From Nageia nagi (Eukaryota; Plantae; Pinophyta), in NCBI GenBank assembly GCA_050084985.1, contig JBITNC010000001.1, forward strand, positions 85,312,001 through 85,376,000: 64,000 nucleotides of DNA, read 5' to 3'. Positions 26,408-39,495 of this stretch are shown one piece after another. Both the position numbers and the translations under genes were made by a program. The notes beneath the pieces were generated by a model. The model saw only the letters and a program-made list of their open reading frames with translations. It was not told the DNA's origin and searched no databases. Position 1 is the first letter of the stretch, and every line of letters starts with the position of its first letter.

Positions 26408-27793
26408 TAATTCCCAATAAGATACAAAATTTATAGCAAATTTGAATACTATGCAAGTGGATGTCCATATAATATAGTAGAAGAGAAAGTGCCAAGGTAG
26501 GTGGGAAGGCTAATTTATAGACACCAACAATAAATAGTTTGGAAGTAGCAAAGTAATACCAAAATGTAGTTTAAAAATAGAAATAAATAAGCCCTCATGT
26601 TACATTTCCAAAAAGGCTGAATACTCCAACTCCTTTTAGGCTTTTATACTAATTGAAAATAATCCATCCAACCAACTATGGTATATAAGAATAAAGGAAA
26701 TAAAGGAAGATGCTAATATGGAGGTTAAAACTTTTGGAAAAGAGATAGTTTAAGTTGATGTCTCATGGAAAAATGTTCAAGATCATAAATGGGAAAGAAA
26801 AAAGAGTGAACAAAATGAAGAAGGAAGAAGGCATGAATATGAAGAACAATAGAAAATTGAAACTCTAAAAGAAAAATTAATTTTAGAGAAAAGAAAAGAA
26901 TGAGAAGAAGAAGAAGAGATATGGATAAGAGAGAATGATTAAAATATTAAGGAAGTACAAATGAAAGCTTATTTAAACATGTTAAAAGTACTAAAATCAA
27001 GAAATAATTGTAAAGAAGCTACATGTAAAGTTGCTGAAGAATCCAAGGATCATTACAAAAACTTAGAGAAAAGGGAGGGCTCGATGAAAAGAAAAGAATG
27101 GAAAGTACTAAGATTAGTTTAGGGCTAAGTAAGAGATTCTTTTTTGAGATACCTAGGAATGAAGGATTAACAAAATAGGGGTGGAAAAAAGCTTATATGT
27201 ATCTATGTTGTAAAAGAAGAAATTAGAAAGATGAAAGAACCACTAAAAATAATTTTTGAATTTCTTTTTCATATAGATATGACACAATCATCATGATAGA
27301 ATCTATTTGTAGTTATTGTACACTTCATTTTTCTACCAATTTGTGATATTGGGTTGTTGTAGCAAAGTAATTTATCTTCAAAGAAGTAATCTCTTGATAC
27401 TTTGTAATTGTTTAGTTGTAGTCTATATACCAACATATATTCAATATTTTTTTCGCTAGGTTGTGAGATCCTATCAAAACCCTCTTTGTTACCCTTGAAA
27501 AAAAAAACTATATATTATAAATTTTCTTAAGATTACAAATCATTTAAATCTCAACAATAATTAGTATTCATATACTAAAATGTTTATAGGATAGGTAAGT
27601 ACCTTAACATAAAAGAATAATATTTGACTATAAATAAATATAGATATAAAGATTATTAAGATTATATATTTATTTGTACATATAAATTGAACCTTATATG
27701 AAAATGTTAATAAATTTTATAAGTAAAGAATTAATGAAAGATACAAATTGATATATGAACCTTGTAGTATAATTAATCAATAGAATTGAATCA

Positions 27794-29689
27794 TGTTAGG
27801 TGAGTTGGAGAGAAGATAGATCCTTATTGCATTTAGGATTAGCAATAGATCCTAATTACATGGCATATTTTGTAATTATCATTTCTATATTTAGGAAAAT
27901 ATCTAGGTTGTAACTCCTTATGTTAAATTAGTCTATTTTTAGAATGTAACTCCTAGAGGAAATCACTGTAGGAGAACATATTGATGTGAGATTATTTTAT
28001 TTATAGAAACTACTATTGAAAAGCTATTGAAAGTGTCATTATGGTTGGTGAAGCCAAAAGGGATGGAGACTTAGTTGCTAAAGAGATAAAGTCTATAATA
28101 GGAAGAAAGAGGTCTTGATGGAGAGAGCTTGGAGATTGGAAAAAAAAGCTCAGTTGGAGAATAAACATAATGTGGCATCTTGGTGAACCAAACATAGATT
28201 ATAATTGAGAAGCTATAGATTTGTATCCCTTCTTGGTTGTGTATTGTATTAATTTGTAATGCAATGGAAGATTTCGTGGAGGATGTATCCTAGGTTTGGC
28301 TGAACCTCAATATTTTATGTATTTCTTTTATCTATGTATGGTAATATTCTATTTTGTCTAATATTTTTCCACATTAATTATTAGAATGGTTTGCTCTCAA
28401 GTTTTATATTTTATATATGGATTCCCAACAATTAGTATTAGAGCATGTTTAGGATTAAGGTTGAGTGTGAGTATGATAGAAGAAGAGAGATCTAGATATG
28501 AATATTATTTGGAATGTAAAGGAGGACATGGTCATTATCACTCTTTGGAGATTGCTAGTATAGGAAACTCATTTTAAGCCTCCATTCAAAATACTAGAAC
28601 GTTTCAGATATGTAGCAAGAGATAGTTGGCTACTTATCTTTACTCTATCTCTTCTAAAATTTCTTGGATGTACTTTGGAGTGGAAAAGATTTTTCTAATG
28701 TTATTATTAATTACAAAACATCAAATATTGGCAAAGTAATGTGAGAAATGAAAACAAATATCCAAGGGTTGAAAATGGCACATATTTGGCACATATATTT
28801 TGAGATGATGATGGTTGTATCATCATGATACATTGGTGATTGTGGATGTTGAAATATCATAGAGTAGTGGTAAGTTGGATTGTGTATTGCTTGTTGGTCA
28901 TAGGTAAAAGTGCACATAGTTGACACTTGTGGAAGTGTAGAGCATGGACTTAATATTCTAGTGTGGTTAACATCCCTTTATTGGTTGAAGAGTTATCTTC
29001 AATGGATTGTACTAGCGATAGAGTTATTGTGGATAAGGTACTCTCCTTGGGTGGTTAAAGACTCATCTTTAGCAGTTGTAATAGTATAGGAGCTATTGTA
29101 AATTAGTTTCCAAGTGGGATATTATTAGATTATGGAGCTTGATTACATTTAGGACTAGCACTAGAGCTTGATTGCATGCCATAATTTGTAACTATTATTT
29201 CTATGTTTATGCAAATCTCTGGGTTGTAACTTCTTGTGTTAAATTAGTCTATTCTTGAAATGTAACTCCAAAAGTAAATCATAGTAGAAGTACATGTTTA
29301 TGTGAGGTTATTTTATTTATAGAAACTTATACTAAAAAGCTATTCATAGAGTCTACAGTAGGATGGAAGACCTCTTGATAAAGAGAGTTTGGATCTTAGC
29401 AAAGAGAGCTTGATTGGAGGAGAAACATGGTGTGACATCTTAGTGAACTAGAACGAGATTATAGTTGGGATGATATGGATTTATATCCCTTTTTGGTTGT
29501 GTATTGTATTGGTTCATAATACAATGGAAATGTCTTCAAGGATGTAACCTTGATTTGAATGAACCTTAGTATTTTGTATGTTTCTCTTGCCTATGCATGG
29601 TCTTCTTTTGTCTAGTCTAATATTGTTCCACATTAATTATTAGAATGGTTATCTCTCAAGTTTTGTATTGTATATATGGATTCCCAACA
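27794..29689 (+). mobile_element. Non-autonomous LTR retroelement (TRIM-like / internally deleted copia)
   Basis: Direct repeats ~27794-28430 and ~29123-29689 both end GGATTCCCAACA. Degenerate PBS TAGTATTAGAGC follows LTR1 and a PPT-like AAGTGGGA precedes LTR2. Only ~690 bp of internal sequence, starting with a gag-like MIEEERSR. No convincing TSD; the left boundary is uncertain. Confidence 0.8.
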
Positions 29690-30196
29690 GAAGGGGAAAT
29701 TGAAAACTCTCAAGTGGAAAAAAGAGGTCCTAGGTTGAAAACTATGCCCCCTCACATGCATGTGGATATGTTATATCAATTCGAGAGTAGTTAGGTTAGC
29801 TGGCATGGATCAAACCCCATGTAACTTTGACGAAAGAGAACCTCCAAGACATAGAATCCAATTCCAAAGTTAATTCCCAACAAAAAATGATTTACCACAA
29901 AAAAATCATAAAAAAAAATTAAAACGAATAATGCTAAATTAATTCATGGTTCATATATTTTAAATTAATTATATAACTTATATTAAAAACTTTTCTTCTT
30001 AAAAATAAAAATTATATTCTCAATAACTTAAGTCAATCAATTTAATTTAGTATTAATAAAATAAACATTAAAATTTACCTTAATAATTATCTTATATTTT
30101 AATTATTCTTTACTAAAAGATTGAAGTGCCCTTTTTCAAATTTTATATATATAAGGAATGTTTTTGTTCTTTCATCCTTTTATAAATTCACTTCAT

Positions 30197-30570
30197 GCTG
30201 TATCTAAATGGCAATAGGATTGTAATATATAGTCGAATACATATGGTAGTCCGTAATAATTCTTTTTAAGCCAAAGCAAAAGTTAGCATTTCGAAGAAAA
30301 TTGAAATTCTCAACAGATTACAATCCTATTTCTATTTAGATTAAAAAAAAAAAAAAGGTTAGCATTTCCAAGCAAATTCTAAATCTCAACATATTACAAT
30401 CCTATTTCCATTTAGATACAGTTTGAGAATACAGTCAAATTCAGAATATATATAGTCGTCCTTAATCACTCCTTTTAAGGCAAAGGTTAGGGTTTCCAAC
30501 CAAGTTGTAATTCTCAACAGATTACAATCCTATTTCCATTTAGTTACATATTGCAAATACAGTCGAATTA
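30197..30570. repeat. Foldback / direct repeat cluster, copy B
   Basis: 30197-30228 is complementary to 30391-30421, ~30317-30341 and ~30521-30549. Confidence 0.85.
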
Positions 30571-33500
30571 ATAAAAAGATAAAGAACAAGCCCAGTTCTT
30601 AATATAGCTTTTATTAATATACTGGCTAAAGAACTACATAAAACGGTAATCGCGGTTAGATTGTATGTTTATGAAAAGTTTGCTTGTCATTTCGTGTTAT
30701 TATAAAGAAAGATCTTAATGGTAGAAGAAGCAACCCATGCATGTCGTTATGATCTCTTGTGTAGGTGTAATTTCTTAGCAGGAGCATTGAAGAACTACTT
30801 CCGAGATTCGTACTTGCGACCTTTTATGGAAGAGGTCTCAGAACTGGTAGGATGAGTTTTCAGACCCTCAAAAAATCTTTTCCATGGCTCTGTAGTTCCA
30901 TTTCATTGTTCAGCAGCTGTTAGGAAACAGACACGCCGGCCCACATGAAAAGGGTTGTCTTTATACAGTACACACGTGATAGTCTCCAGTATAGGGACCT
31001 TCGTGGTTAGGAGGCAAGCTAGGAAGCCTTTCCTTCACAAACCTCCAAATTATTTTGACATTCCTATGAGATATCATAAAAAAATCCCAGAAGGCAAACA
31101 ATTCGACACTCATGAACTTAAGCAGGAGAAGGTCTGTTTCCAACTAAATGAAAGAGAAAAAGTAAATGTAAATGTAAATGTTTTCCTTCAGTGTTTCTGG
31201 ATTGATTCCGTGGAGGTGACATCCATCAATAAAACCAATGGAATACGCTTATCCATCCTTCCCCAAAAACATGCGGTCATCAAAGAAAACGAACAATCCA
31301 TGGTTTACGTACAGTTTCTGAATTCTAAATTCATTCACCTCTTCTCTTTGTCAAAGCACTCATTGTTGGTTTTGGATGGGCTTTATACTGGTGTTATCCT
31401 CTTTCTGCCAATGCGACATGTAAGCCTTCTAAGAAGAATCTTTTCCATTTCGGTCCCCGCTCTGATTTTATGTCACGAGAAGTCATTTCTTGTCTCGAAG
31501 GTCGAAAGAAAATACAAAGTATTCAGTAAGAAACATTTGTCTTTTAATCTAACATTTTTTGGCACTTGCGTAATGGAATCTTCGAACACATTTCCAAACA
31601 CTGTCTAGACTATCATGACGCTGATGGTCGGAATTTTCCTAAAACAAGGAATCAAACATTAACAACTCATTAGCTTCAAAGGGTCTCTAGTCGGAAGGGT
31701 TTCAATAGTGCCCTGCAAATGAAAAAATTGAAATGCAAATCAATGGTGATGAAATAAGTGTATGTCTTTTTGAAAAATGTCTGTCTGACTATGTAAAGTG
31801 TTGGACACTACACCACCACAACAGAGCGCCATCTCTGTATTAGATATATTATATTCAGTCTGAAAGGCTAAACTAGCAAGTATTTGAAAAGTTCGAAATT
31901 GCCGTTATGCATTTCCTACACATTGGATACATTCCACACTGTTCCTTCCAAATACTTCCTGGTTTAAATTTATCTCCATTTAATCTTCACCTTTCCAAAA
32001 TACATTCAACCGTATAGGAATTTTGAGGGCATAAGTTGCACAGCCCATGACATTGCAGGACTCTCTGAAACGGCAGGTTCACGTTCAAATGTACGAAGTC
32101 AATATGCTGATGTCATCAACAAACTTATTAATAATGTATAAGGGTAAGAATAAGTTCAGTTCGCTTAAATTTGTTGTTAATTTAGTGAAAAGTATATTAA
32201 AGTGAGTTCAGCTTAAAGGAATCGGTAAGCTAGTGGATGTTGAAGTCTCTTATGATTTTAAGTTCAAATCATTTAACCTATTTTAAAAAAATGTTTAAAT
32301 ATAGTAGATATGATCATGATCCAATGAAAATTTGATGACTTTGACATCTTAATAGAAGGTAAACCCCAACAAAATAACAGAATACATGTATGCAAATATT
32401 AAACCCTAAAACAGACGGTATCCGAATTAATTTGACCCTCACAAAGACTACGAACAACGAGCCTTATTGTCTTCGTATGTGAAGGTTTTTGAGCGACATA
32501 GTTTCTGAATGAAGTTGCTACTACCTTGAATTGATGCATGAGATAAAGAATCAAAATAATTGAAAAAGAAAATTAATATTATGAGTTGTTATATATAAAG
32601 AAGTTTGATATATTGAAGATAAACGTCATATGCATTGTTGACATATATTTTGTGGGATTCATAACAAATTTATGCATAAAGTATAATAAACGCAGCCCGT
32701 TTCTCATAGTCCTAATACAATGGATTCAGAATGTAACCACACTTCTACAATCCCAAAACCGTCCTATCTTTATAATCTTTGGAATATCATACTTTCAATT
32801 ATAAAATCACATCACCAATATCCAAAGCATCCTCAATTGACACACATGACAAAGGTAAAATCGACTGATACATACATCCGCACTGCACTAAGTAGGTAGT
32901 CTTCATATGCATAACTATTCAATCTAAATTGCCTTTATTGCATACTGTCTTATCTTGTAGAGGACTTTGACAGATAAGATAAAAAAGAATACATTGGATT
33001 CCACTTGTGTACTGGAAATAAAATTACACACTACAGTAAACATAGTCTTTCTATTTAAGACATTTTGAGAAAGTGTGATGTCACATTAGACAGAGAATGA
33101 GTTTACTTCAGTCATAATCTGCATTTTCATTGAAAACAAATAACCATATACATTAACCCAAACCTATGTTTACTGTGCTCAAGCCATGGCTTTCTCATTA
33201 GGGTGAACAGATGAAGCCTATTTTCACTCCAGAAAAATTATGAGTGAAGCTTGCAGAACCTATGTGACATACAGTTACATTCTTCTTTTTAAGGGATATG
33301 GATTAAGATTTTTATTTGCATTATACCCATTTTATGTTCATTGTTAGCTGTTCCACCAGCGTCATGAAAAAAATTATGTACTTCACTTTTTCAAATTTCT
33401 CATATATATGTATATATATATATAGAGAGAAAGAGATATACATCGTTCTTTGTCTCTAAGAAGTGATTGATCACTCGATTATAATGTTTCTAAAACGTGA

Positions 33501-33774
33501 TAAAAGACATTCTTTTTAACAGTAAAGGGTATGTTCTTCACATAAAATTCACTACCTTGTTGGAATAACGAGTATCAAACTAAAGATGGAAAACAATTTT
33601 TGTAGAAAAGGGTAATTTTATTCACTTATGAAGTTTAATACTACAATACCAAAAACATAATTACAATCAGAAGCATAAGTTGCAGGTACCTGTATTGTAT
33701 TTATTGGATGATATCTAAAACGAATATGCGAAAATAATAATGATAAATGAATACTGTCAATATAACGGCCCCTC

Positions 33775-34317
33775 CTACTTTTTATCTCCAAGTCGAAGCT
33801 CCAGGTCCAAGCCATCATCTTTATCCTCATCTTCTTCTTTATTGTCCAAACTCAATCTCAAGTCCTCTCCAGATCTCCGCATCAAATTCAGTTCCGACAC
33901 ATCTTTCGGATCCTTCATCAAATTCAACTGAGTTCTCTGCACCTCATCTATCCTATGCACTTTATTAGAATCCAAACTCACATAAGGAGAAGATGACCCA
34001 ACCAAAGGTCCGCCATAGCCATATGGCTCGCCCATATTAAACCCCGATTTTTGATGGGCACTCGAAGAACCTTGTTCGCTTGTTTGCTGTTGTCCGGTTT
34101 GTTTAAGCGCCGCCCGAGCCTTGCGGTGGACGTTCATATGACCACCCAGAGCCTGCGCCGAAGTAAACCCTCTTCTGCAAAACGTACAAATATACAACCT
34201 AGCCGAATCCCCCATATGACCACCCTCTAAATTCTCTTCTTCTTGTACCTCCACATGCTCTTCCTCCTCCTCCTCCTCCTTCTCCTCTTCTTCCTCTCTT
34301 GAACGTTTTTTTGTCAT
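33775..34317 (-). CDS. Single-finger C2H2 (QALGGH) zinc-finger transcriptional repressor, SUPERMAN/TAC1/ZFP-like
   Basis: Intact intronless 180-aa ORF from the ATG at 34317. It has a basic KKRSR, a Glu-rich tract, [30 protein letters not shown], and two EAR-type motifs (DLRLSL and C-terminal LDLELRL). CpGs are retained. Confidence 0.95.
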   Translation of the reverse strand: MTKKRSREEEEEKEEEEEEEHVEVQEEENLEGGHMGDSARLYICTFCRRGFTSAQALGGHMNVHRKARAALKQTGQQQTSEQGSSSAHQKSGFNMGEPYGYGGPLVGSSSPYVSLDSNKVHRIDEVQRTQLNLMKDPKDVSELNLMRRSGEDLRLSLDNKEEDEDKDDGLDLELRLGDKK

Positions 34318-34490
34318 CAAGACATGACGAGAAACAATAAGACCTAAATGATGATGAGCACAGTTCGCTCAGTCAAAGGCTACAGCAATATATTCAAAAT
34401 AGTTTATTATTAACGTTGTGATCTCGTGAGTGTACATGCAAAGACGAGATAGGTGGGATGGAAGGATCCGATTCCTGTAGGTGCTACTCC

Positions 34491-34506
34491 ATTTATAGGG
34501 AGTCAA
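34491..34506 (-). promoter_or_regulatory. Candidate TATA box (CCTATAAATG) with adjacent W-box (TTGACT) for the zinc-finger gene
   Basis: TATAAAT on the minus strand at 34497-34491, ~175 bp upstream of the ATG, within a CpG-retaining stretch (~34400-35200). TTGACT at 34506-34501. Confidence 0.55.
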
Positions 34507-37500
34507 ACTGAACAATTGTCTGCTTCCGGGCCGCAATCCAGTGCAGTGCGGATGTTAACGGACAGCTAAAATGTTGATGTAGGGGAGTAGAATTGAAGAA
34601 AAAGCCGACAAAATAGGTCCTCGGCGGCATCACCATTAGAGCAACCACCACTTGGCATTAGCAGGCCATTTCTTAACCGGCTTGGACTCGTTCACCGCCT
34701 ATTTCCCCTCTGCCAACGAAAATAGCGTCCTTTTTCATGCACCAGTCTGTCCTCCAACGCCAAAGGTTTTCCATATATAACAGTAAACGGTGTCTCCAAC
34801 GAAACGTTAGGTGAGGCATCATCAAGGTGGACTGGAATTTTACCATGTATGTAAATTAATTGTAGTTAAATCTTAGTTTTCAAGTCCTATGTCTTTATCG
34901 ACTCGTCGAATTCTCTATCCATGCGTCGGATGCAAGTGATTGGTTTTCCGTTCTATAAGTTTTTTGTTGCAACTGTTACTCTGGAACTACATGCATGCAT
35001 GGTGATATGTCATTTTGTCAACATTTTACATAAATACAAGTTCTTGCTGTTGCCGCTGCTTGTTGGATTATGTATGTTGTGAATAAGATATAACTAGGTA
35101 CGATTACGGATTTATACCAGCCACTTGTTCATTTCTAAGTAGACCATCCATTGGGAGAAGTGAATGGGGTGTGCAGAACACTGCGTGTTGAACTTTTGTA
35201 TTGGCATACTAATTTTTACTGAAAATAAAACATCTTATGGAAAGTATTATCTAGGTGTTGTGAGCCAAGAATAATGATGGATCATCTAGAATAATATCTC
35301 TTGAAGAACAAGTTAGAAATCTTTGACCCTAACACTTGTAGAAATTTTTATTTTTATTTTTTATCATCTTTATTTTGTTTAGTTCAACTTTTTATTTGTT
35401 AAGTTAAATTTGTGAAATACCTCAATTAAGAATGCTATCAAATTAAAACTCTTTTTGTTGTTCTTGTAATTCTAACTTTGTTCTTGTTTTTTTAAATTAT
35501 CCCTCATTCCACCATCTCCCACCATGCCCATATCCTTTTTAGCATGGAAGTGCAACCCTCACCATCTACCTATTTTAATTTTTATTTCTTTCTTAACATT
35601 TTTTTCTAACATCATTCAATGATGAAGAATCATATTAATAGACCATGAAATTTAATCCTTTACCTTTCTAAAAATACGAAGAGAATTGAATGATGGAATA
35701 ATATAATACATCAAATATTTATTATCCTTTGTAGGTTAGGGTGATACTCATGATCGATGTTGCTCAAATACAATCTTAAAGAAGAATATTATTTTTAGCC
35801 TTAATAAGGCTAGAAACTTTCCCTATAAGCCCTTCGCTACAATTACATGTTACCAAATTATGATAGGATCTTAAGCTAGTTAAACTTTATGAGGCTCAAC
35901 TAGTTCAAATAAAAGTTAGGTTATATTGGTTAAAGTTCAATAATAAGGATCCTAAGGAGTTTCTCTAAGAGACACAAATCATGTACATTTAATACATGAG
36001 ATAATATCTCACATATTTAATTGATATTTATCATGCATTTTTTAACACTATGAACAAGTATTCTCATCTAAGGATTCTTCCCCCACCAACATACAATCAC
36101 TTTATGAGGGTATTATGATGGTTTCCTTTTACTTTCCCCCATTATATTAGGTATCTTATGATAGACCCATAATGCTAGAAGATTTGATGACTACTAAGGT
36201 GTAACAAAACCTTAATTGCACTTAAAACTCCCATACTAAAGCTTATTGGTTTTATCTTTCACATATAGTCTAAGAACCAATTACTTGTAGACAGATTATC
36301 AGATTGCACAACCACTTACAAGACTGGCCTATCGGTTAACTAATCAGCTTGTCGATTGGTGCTGAGTATTACATTTTTTTTTTGAATTGTCTCTTCATTT
36401 TTGCTTTGTAAATGGAATGCGAACTTAACAATCTAGGTCGCCTTCAGTTTGTTGGATGTATTTATCCTTCATTCCAAGATGTAAATTTAGTTGGAGTTTG
36501 TTCTCAATAATCAATACAAATTTATGGGTATTGTGTGAATTTGTGAGCTTCCATTGATGAATGCATTCTACCTTTGATTTGCAAAACTAATTTAAGCATT
36601 GTAATTCATTTTTTTTGTTTATGTTTAATAACTTCATTTGGTATTAGAGATTCATTGGATTAGTTTGGATTTAAGAAGTTATCCATGAAAGAACAAGAAG
36701 ACATGGTAAGAAACTCAAATACAATTCTCATTCTAGATTTTGATGGGAGTGATTATGAGTATTGAAGTGTTCAGATGAAGACTCTCTTGAAGAGATGAGG
36801 CTACCAAATATTGTAGAAGCTAGCTATAGTGATCCTATAGATTAGAATGCCTTGAGTGTAGATGAAAAGAAAGAAAAAAAATCCATAGCTCTCTCCTTCA
36901 TCCAAGCAACTTTGGACAAGAGCATTTTTTCCATAATCTCAACATATCTCACCCAAAAAGCATGGGCAACATTGAGAGAAGGCTACCAAGGGAGATTGAA
37001 GGTGAAAGAGGTGAGGCTCCAAATATTAAAGAAGGGAATTAGAAAATCTAAAGCAAGAAGATAAGGAAATTGCTAGAGATTATTATGCGAGAGTGAAAGT
37101 TGTAGTCAATAAATTGGTCACTCTAGGAGAGAAGATTAAGAAGGATGTTGTCATCAAGAAAGTATTGAGGACTTTGATAGAGAAGTATGATATTGTTGTA
37201 CTCATAATTGAGAAGATGAAATACCTCTCAACTATGGAAATTGATAATTTGATTGGTTCTCTAACATCTAATGAAGAGAGAATGTTAAAAAGAGCAAAAT
37301 AAAAGTAAACAATAATGATGAGAAAGAATTCTCCATCAAACTAAATGAAGGACAAGGTGGAGGTTCAATATGAAGAGGCAGATTCAGAAGAGGTGTAAGA
37401 AGAGGCTCTTTTGGAAGAGGTAGAGAAAGAGAACAAATTTCTAAGAATGGACTAGCATATGCATCAAGGGGGAAACACTCTGAAAGAGGTGGAAGAGCTA

Positions 37501-38323
37501 AAGACAATATAAATTTGCAATGTTATTATTGTAACAAATTTTGCCATTTTGTGCATAAGTGTAGATTGAAACAAGCAAATGAAGGTAAAATTTCCCACTA
37601 TGGAGAAGAAGAGCAAAGATATGAAGAAGAATATTTGTTCCTCTTAATTGCAAGCCCCCAAAATATTGAAAATGAGATTTGGCTCTTAGATAGTGGTTGC
37701 ACAAACCACATGACCAATGAATAGTCCATACCTTCTACTCTTGATTACTCTTATAGGTTAAGTGTGAAGTTAGGAGATGAGAAGAGCTTTGAGATAGTTT
37801 AAAAAGGAGAGATTCAAGTGCCAAAAATAAAGGAAACTATGAAGGTAAAAGATATCTATTATGCTCCATATTTGAAACAAAGTTTGCTGAGCATTAGCCA
37901 AATGCTTAAGAAGAAATACAAAGTGGTGTTTGAAGATAGGATGTGTAAATATATGATAAATCTCATGATAGGAGGCCTATTATTATTGTTCACATGATTG
38001 TAAATAAGATATTTCCTATGAAGTTTCTTCATAATTATGAAGGCTTTATTTTTATGGTAATTGAAGATAAAAATGTAATTTGGCACATGAGGCTTGGGCA
38101 CTTGAATTTTTAGAGTTTGAAGACTCTTCCATCAATGGTGAGAGGGTTACAACAAGTAGAATATTGCAGAGAAGTATGTGAGAAATGTGCATTTAGAAAG
38201 AATGTAAGGAGCAAGTTTCCATAGGAATAAGCATGAGGAGCCAAATACCCTCTCCAATTAGTCCATATCAATATTTCTTGACATATGCAAACTCAAAGTT
38301 TTGGTAAATCTTCTTTCTTTATC

Positions 38324-39495
38324 TATAGATATCAAAAAATAACATTTTTTGAGTGGATGTGTTTTATTATATTGATATACCTTAACTTCTTAATTGATTT
38401 ACTCATGATATCTTATCATGCAAAATCAACTATTCAAAATGTCCAAAAATGGAGAAAAAGTAACTTAAACATAAAATAGGAAGAAAAGCGGGTATCTAGC
38501 CATATTAACTTAGGTTTTCCAAAGAGGGACATAACTCAAAGTTAAAATATAATTCTCTCTTTTGCCTCATTTTTCTCCTACTTCATTTGCTCACTTAAAC
38601 ACTTATGATTTTAGCTCACATATTGCTCCATGATTACATTGCTACGGTTTTGAGACAAGGGTTTGAAGGATCAAGGATTTACTCCATAATTCTCTATCAA
38701 ATATCTAAAATCTTAGTTCCACAAACATAAAGTAACCTTCCTATAGTGATTTTATGGTTGTATTAAGTTATTATTACATATATTTGGTGTATTCAAGGTT
38801 TTTGTTGGAATTTGAAGATAAGACATCCATGGAAGAGCTTTGGAAGACTTGCCTTTATATCTTCCACTAAACTTGTATGAATATAGTATTTTGTTAGGAT
38901 AAAATTATATTAGTTTGTATTTCCACTATTGAAATCATATTTTGAACTTATAATAGCATAGAGACATGCTCTAAATATCCATTAGGTCTCATGGGTATCC
39001 ATGGATCAAATTGATCCAAGGATCTTTAAAGATCTCTTCATTTGAAAGTATTTTAAGATTTTTGAAGATTTTATGCATTAGATCTCATTTTTGACCACCT
39101 AAATATGTAAATATAATATTAAATAGTTCAAATACACCATAAAAATTATTCAAACATCATATAGACATAATTATTTGCATAAATAGGCATAACTATTTTG
39201 TTTGTTCTTAATGATTTGAGGGCTAGAGGGCTCACATGCTATTTGGAGTGAGGAGACTCACTCCATATTGACTTAAGTACCTCAAAGGGCCTAAGTTGGA
39301 GGTACCCCTACCCATGTTAGATGCATTTAAGAGTTTTGTAAATGTTCTTGCAAATTTTTAGCTTATTATTCATAGATTTGACAATACCTTTACTAAGTTT
39401 TATACCTAATGCTCATTAAGAAAAATATAATTGTATAATTTAAGATTTGTTTACGAGTTTGACTTGTTTATATATAGCATAAATTTTAATCTTCA
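38324..39495 (+). repeat. 5' LTR of the Tat element
   Basis: Aligns end to end with 55019-56184; the terminal TG has decayed to TA. Confidence 0.9.

Larger units (their letters stand above)
25170..32390 (+). repeat. Local segmental duplication, copy B
   Basis: Collinear with 8255-19990. Lacks the copia but carries MITE copy 4 and the non-autonomous LTR element. Retains ~30700-30760 and ~31311-31570, which are absent from copy A. Confidence 0.9.

Noticed and set aside
30955-31608. 217-aa plus-strand ORF (and ORFs at 12184-12549 in the paralog)
   Set aside because: It starts at TTG, has no recognisable domain, and the frame is not preserved in copy A (indels and a ~260-bp deletion). More likely non-coding island DNA.
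35600-36200. Possible second L1 ORF1 remnant upstream of the zinc-finger promoter
   Set aside because: Only a weak 'YWLKF' resemblance; too degraded to support.
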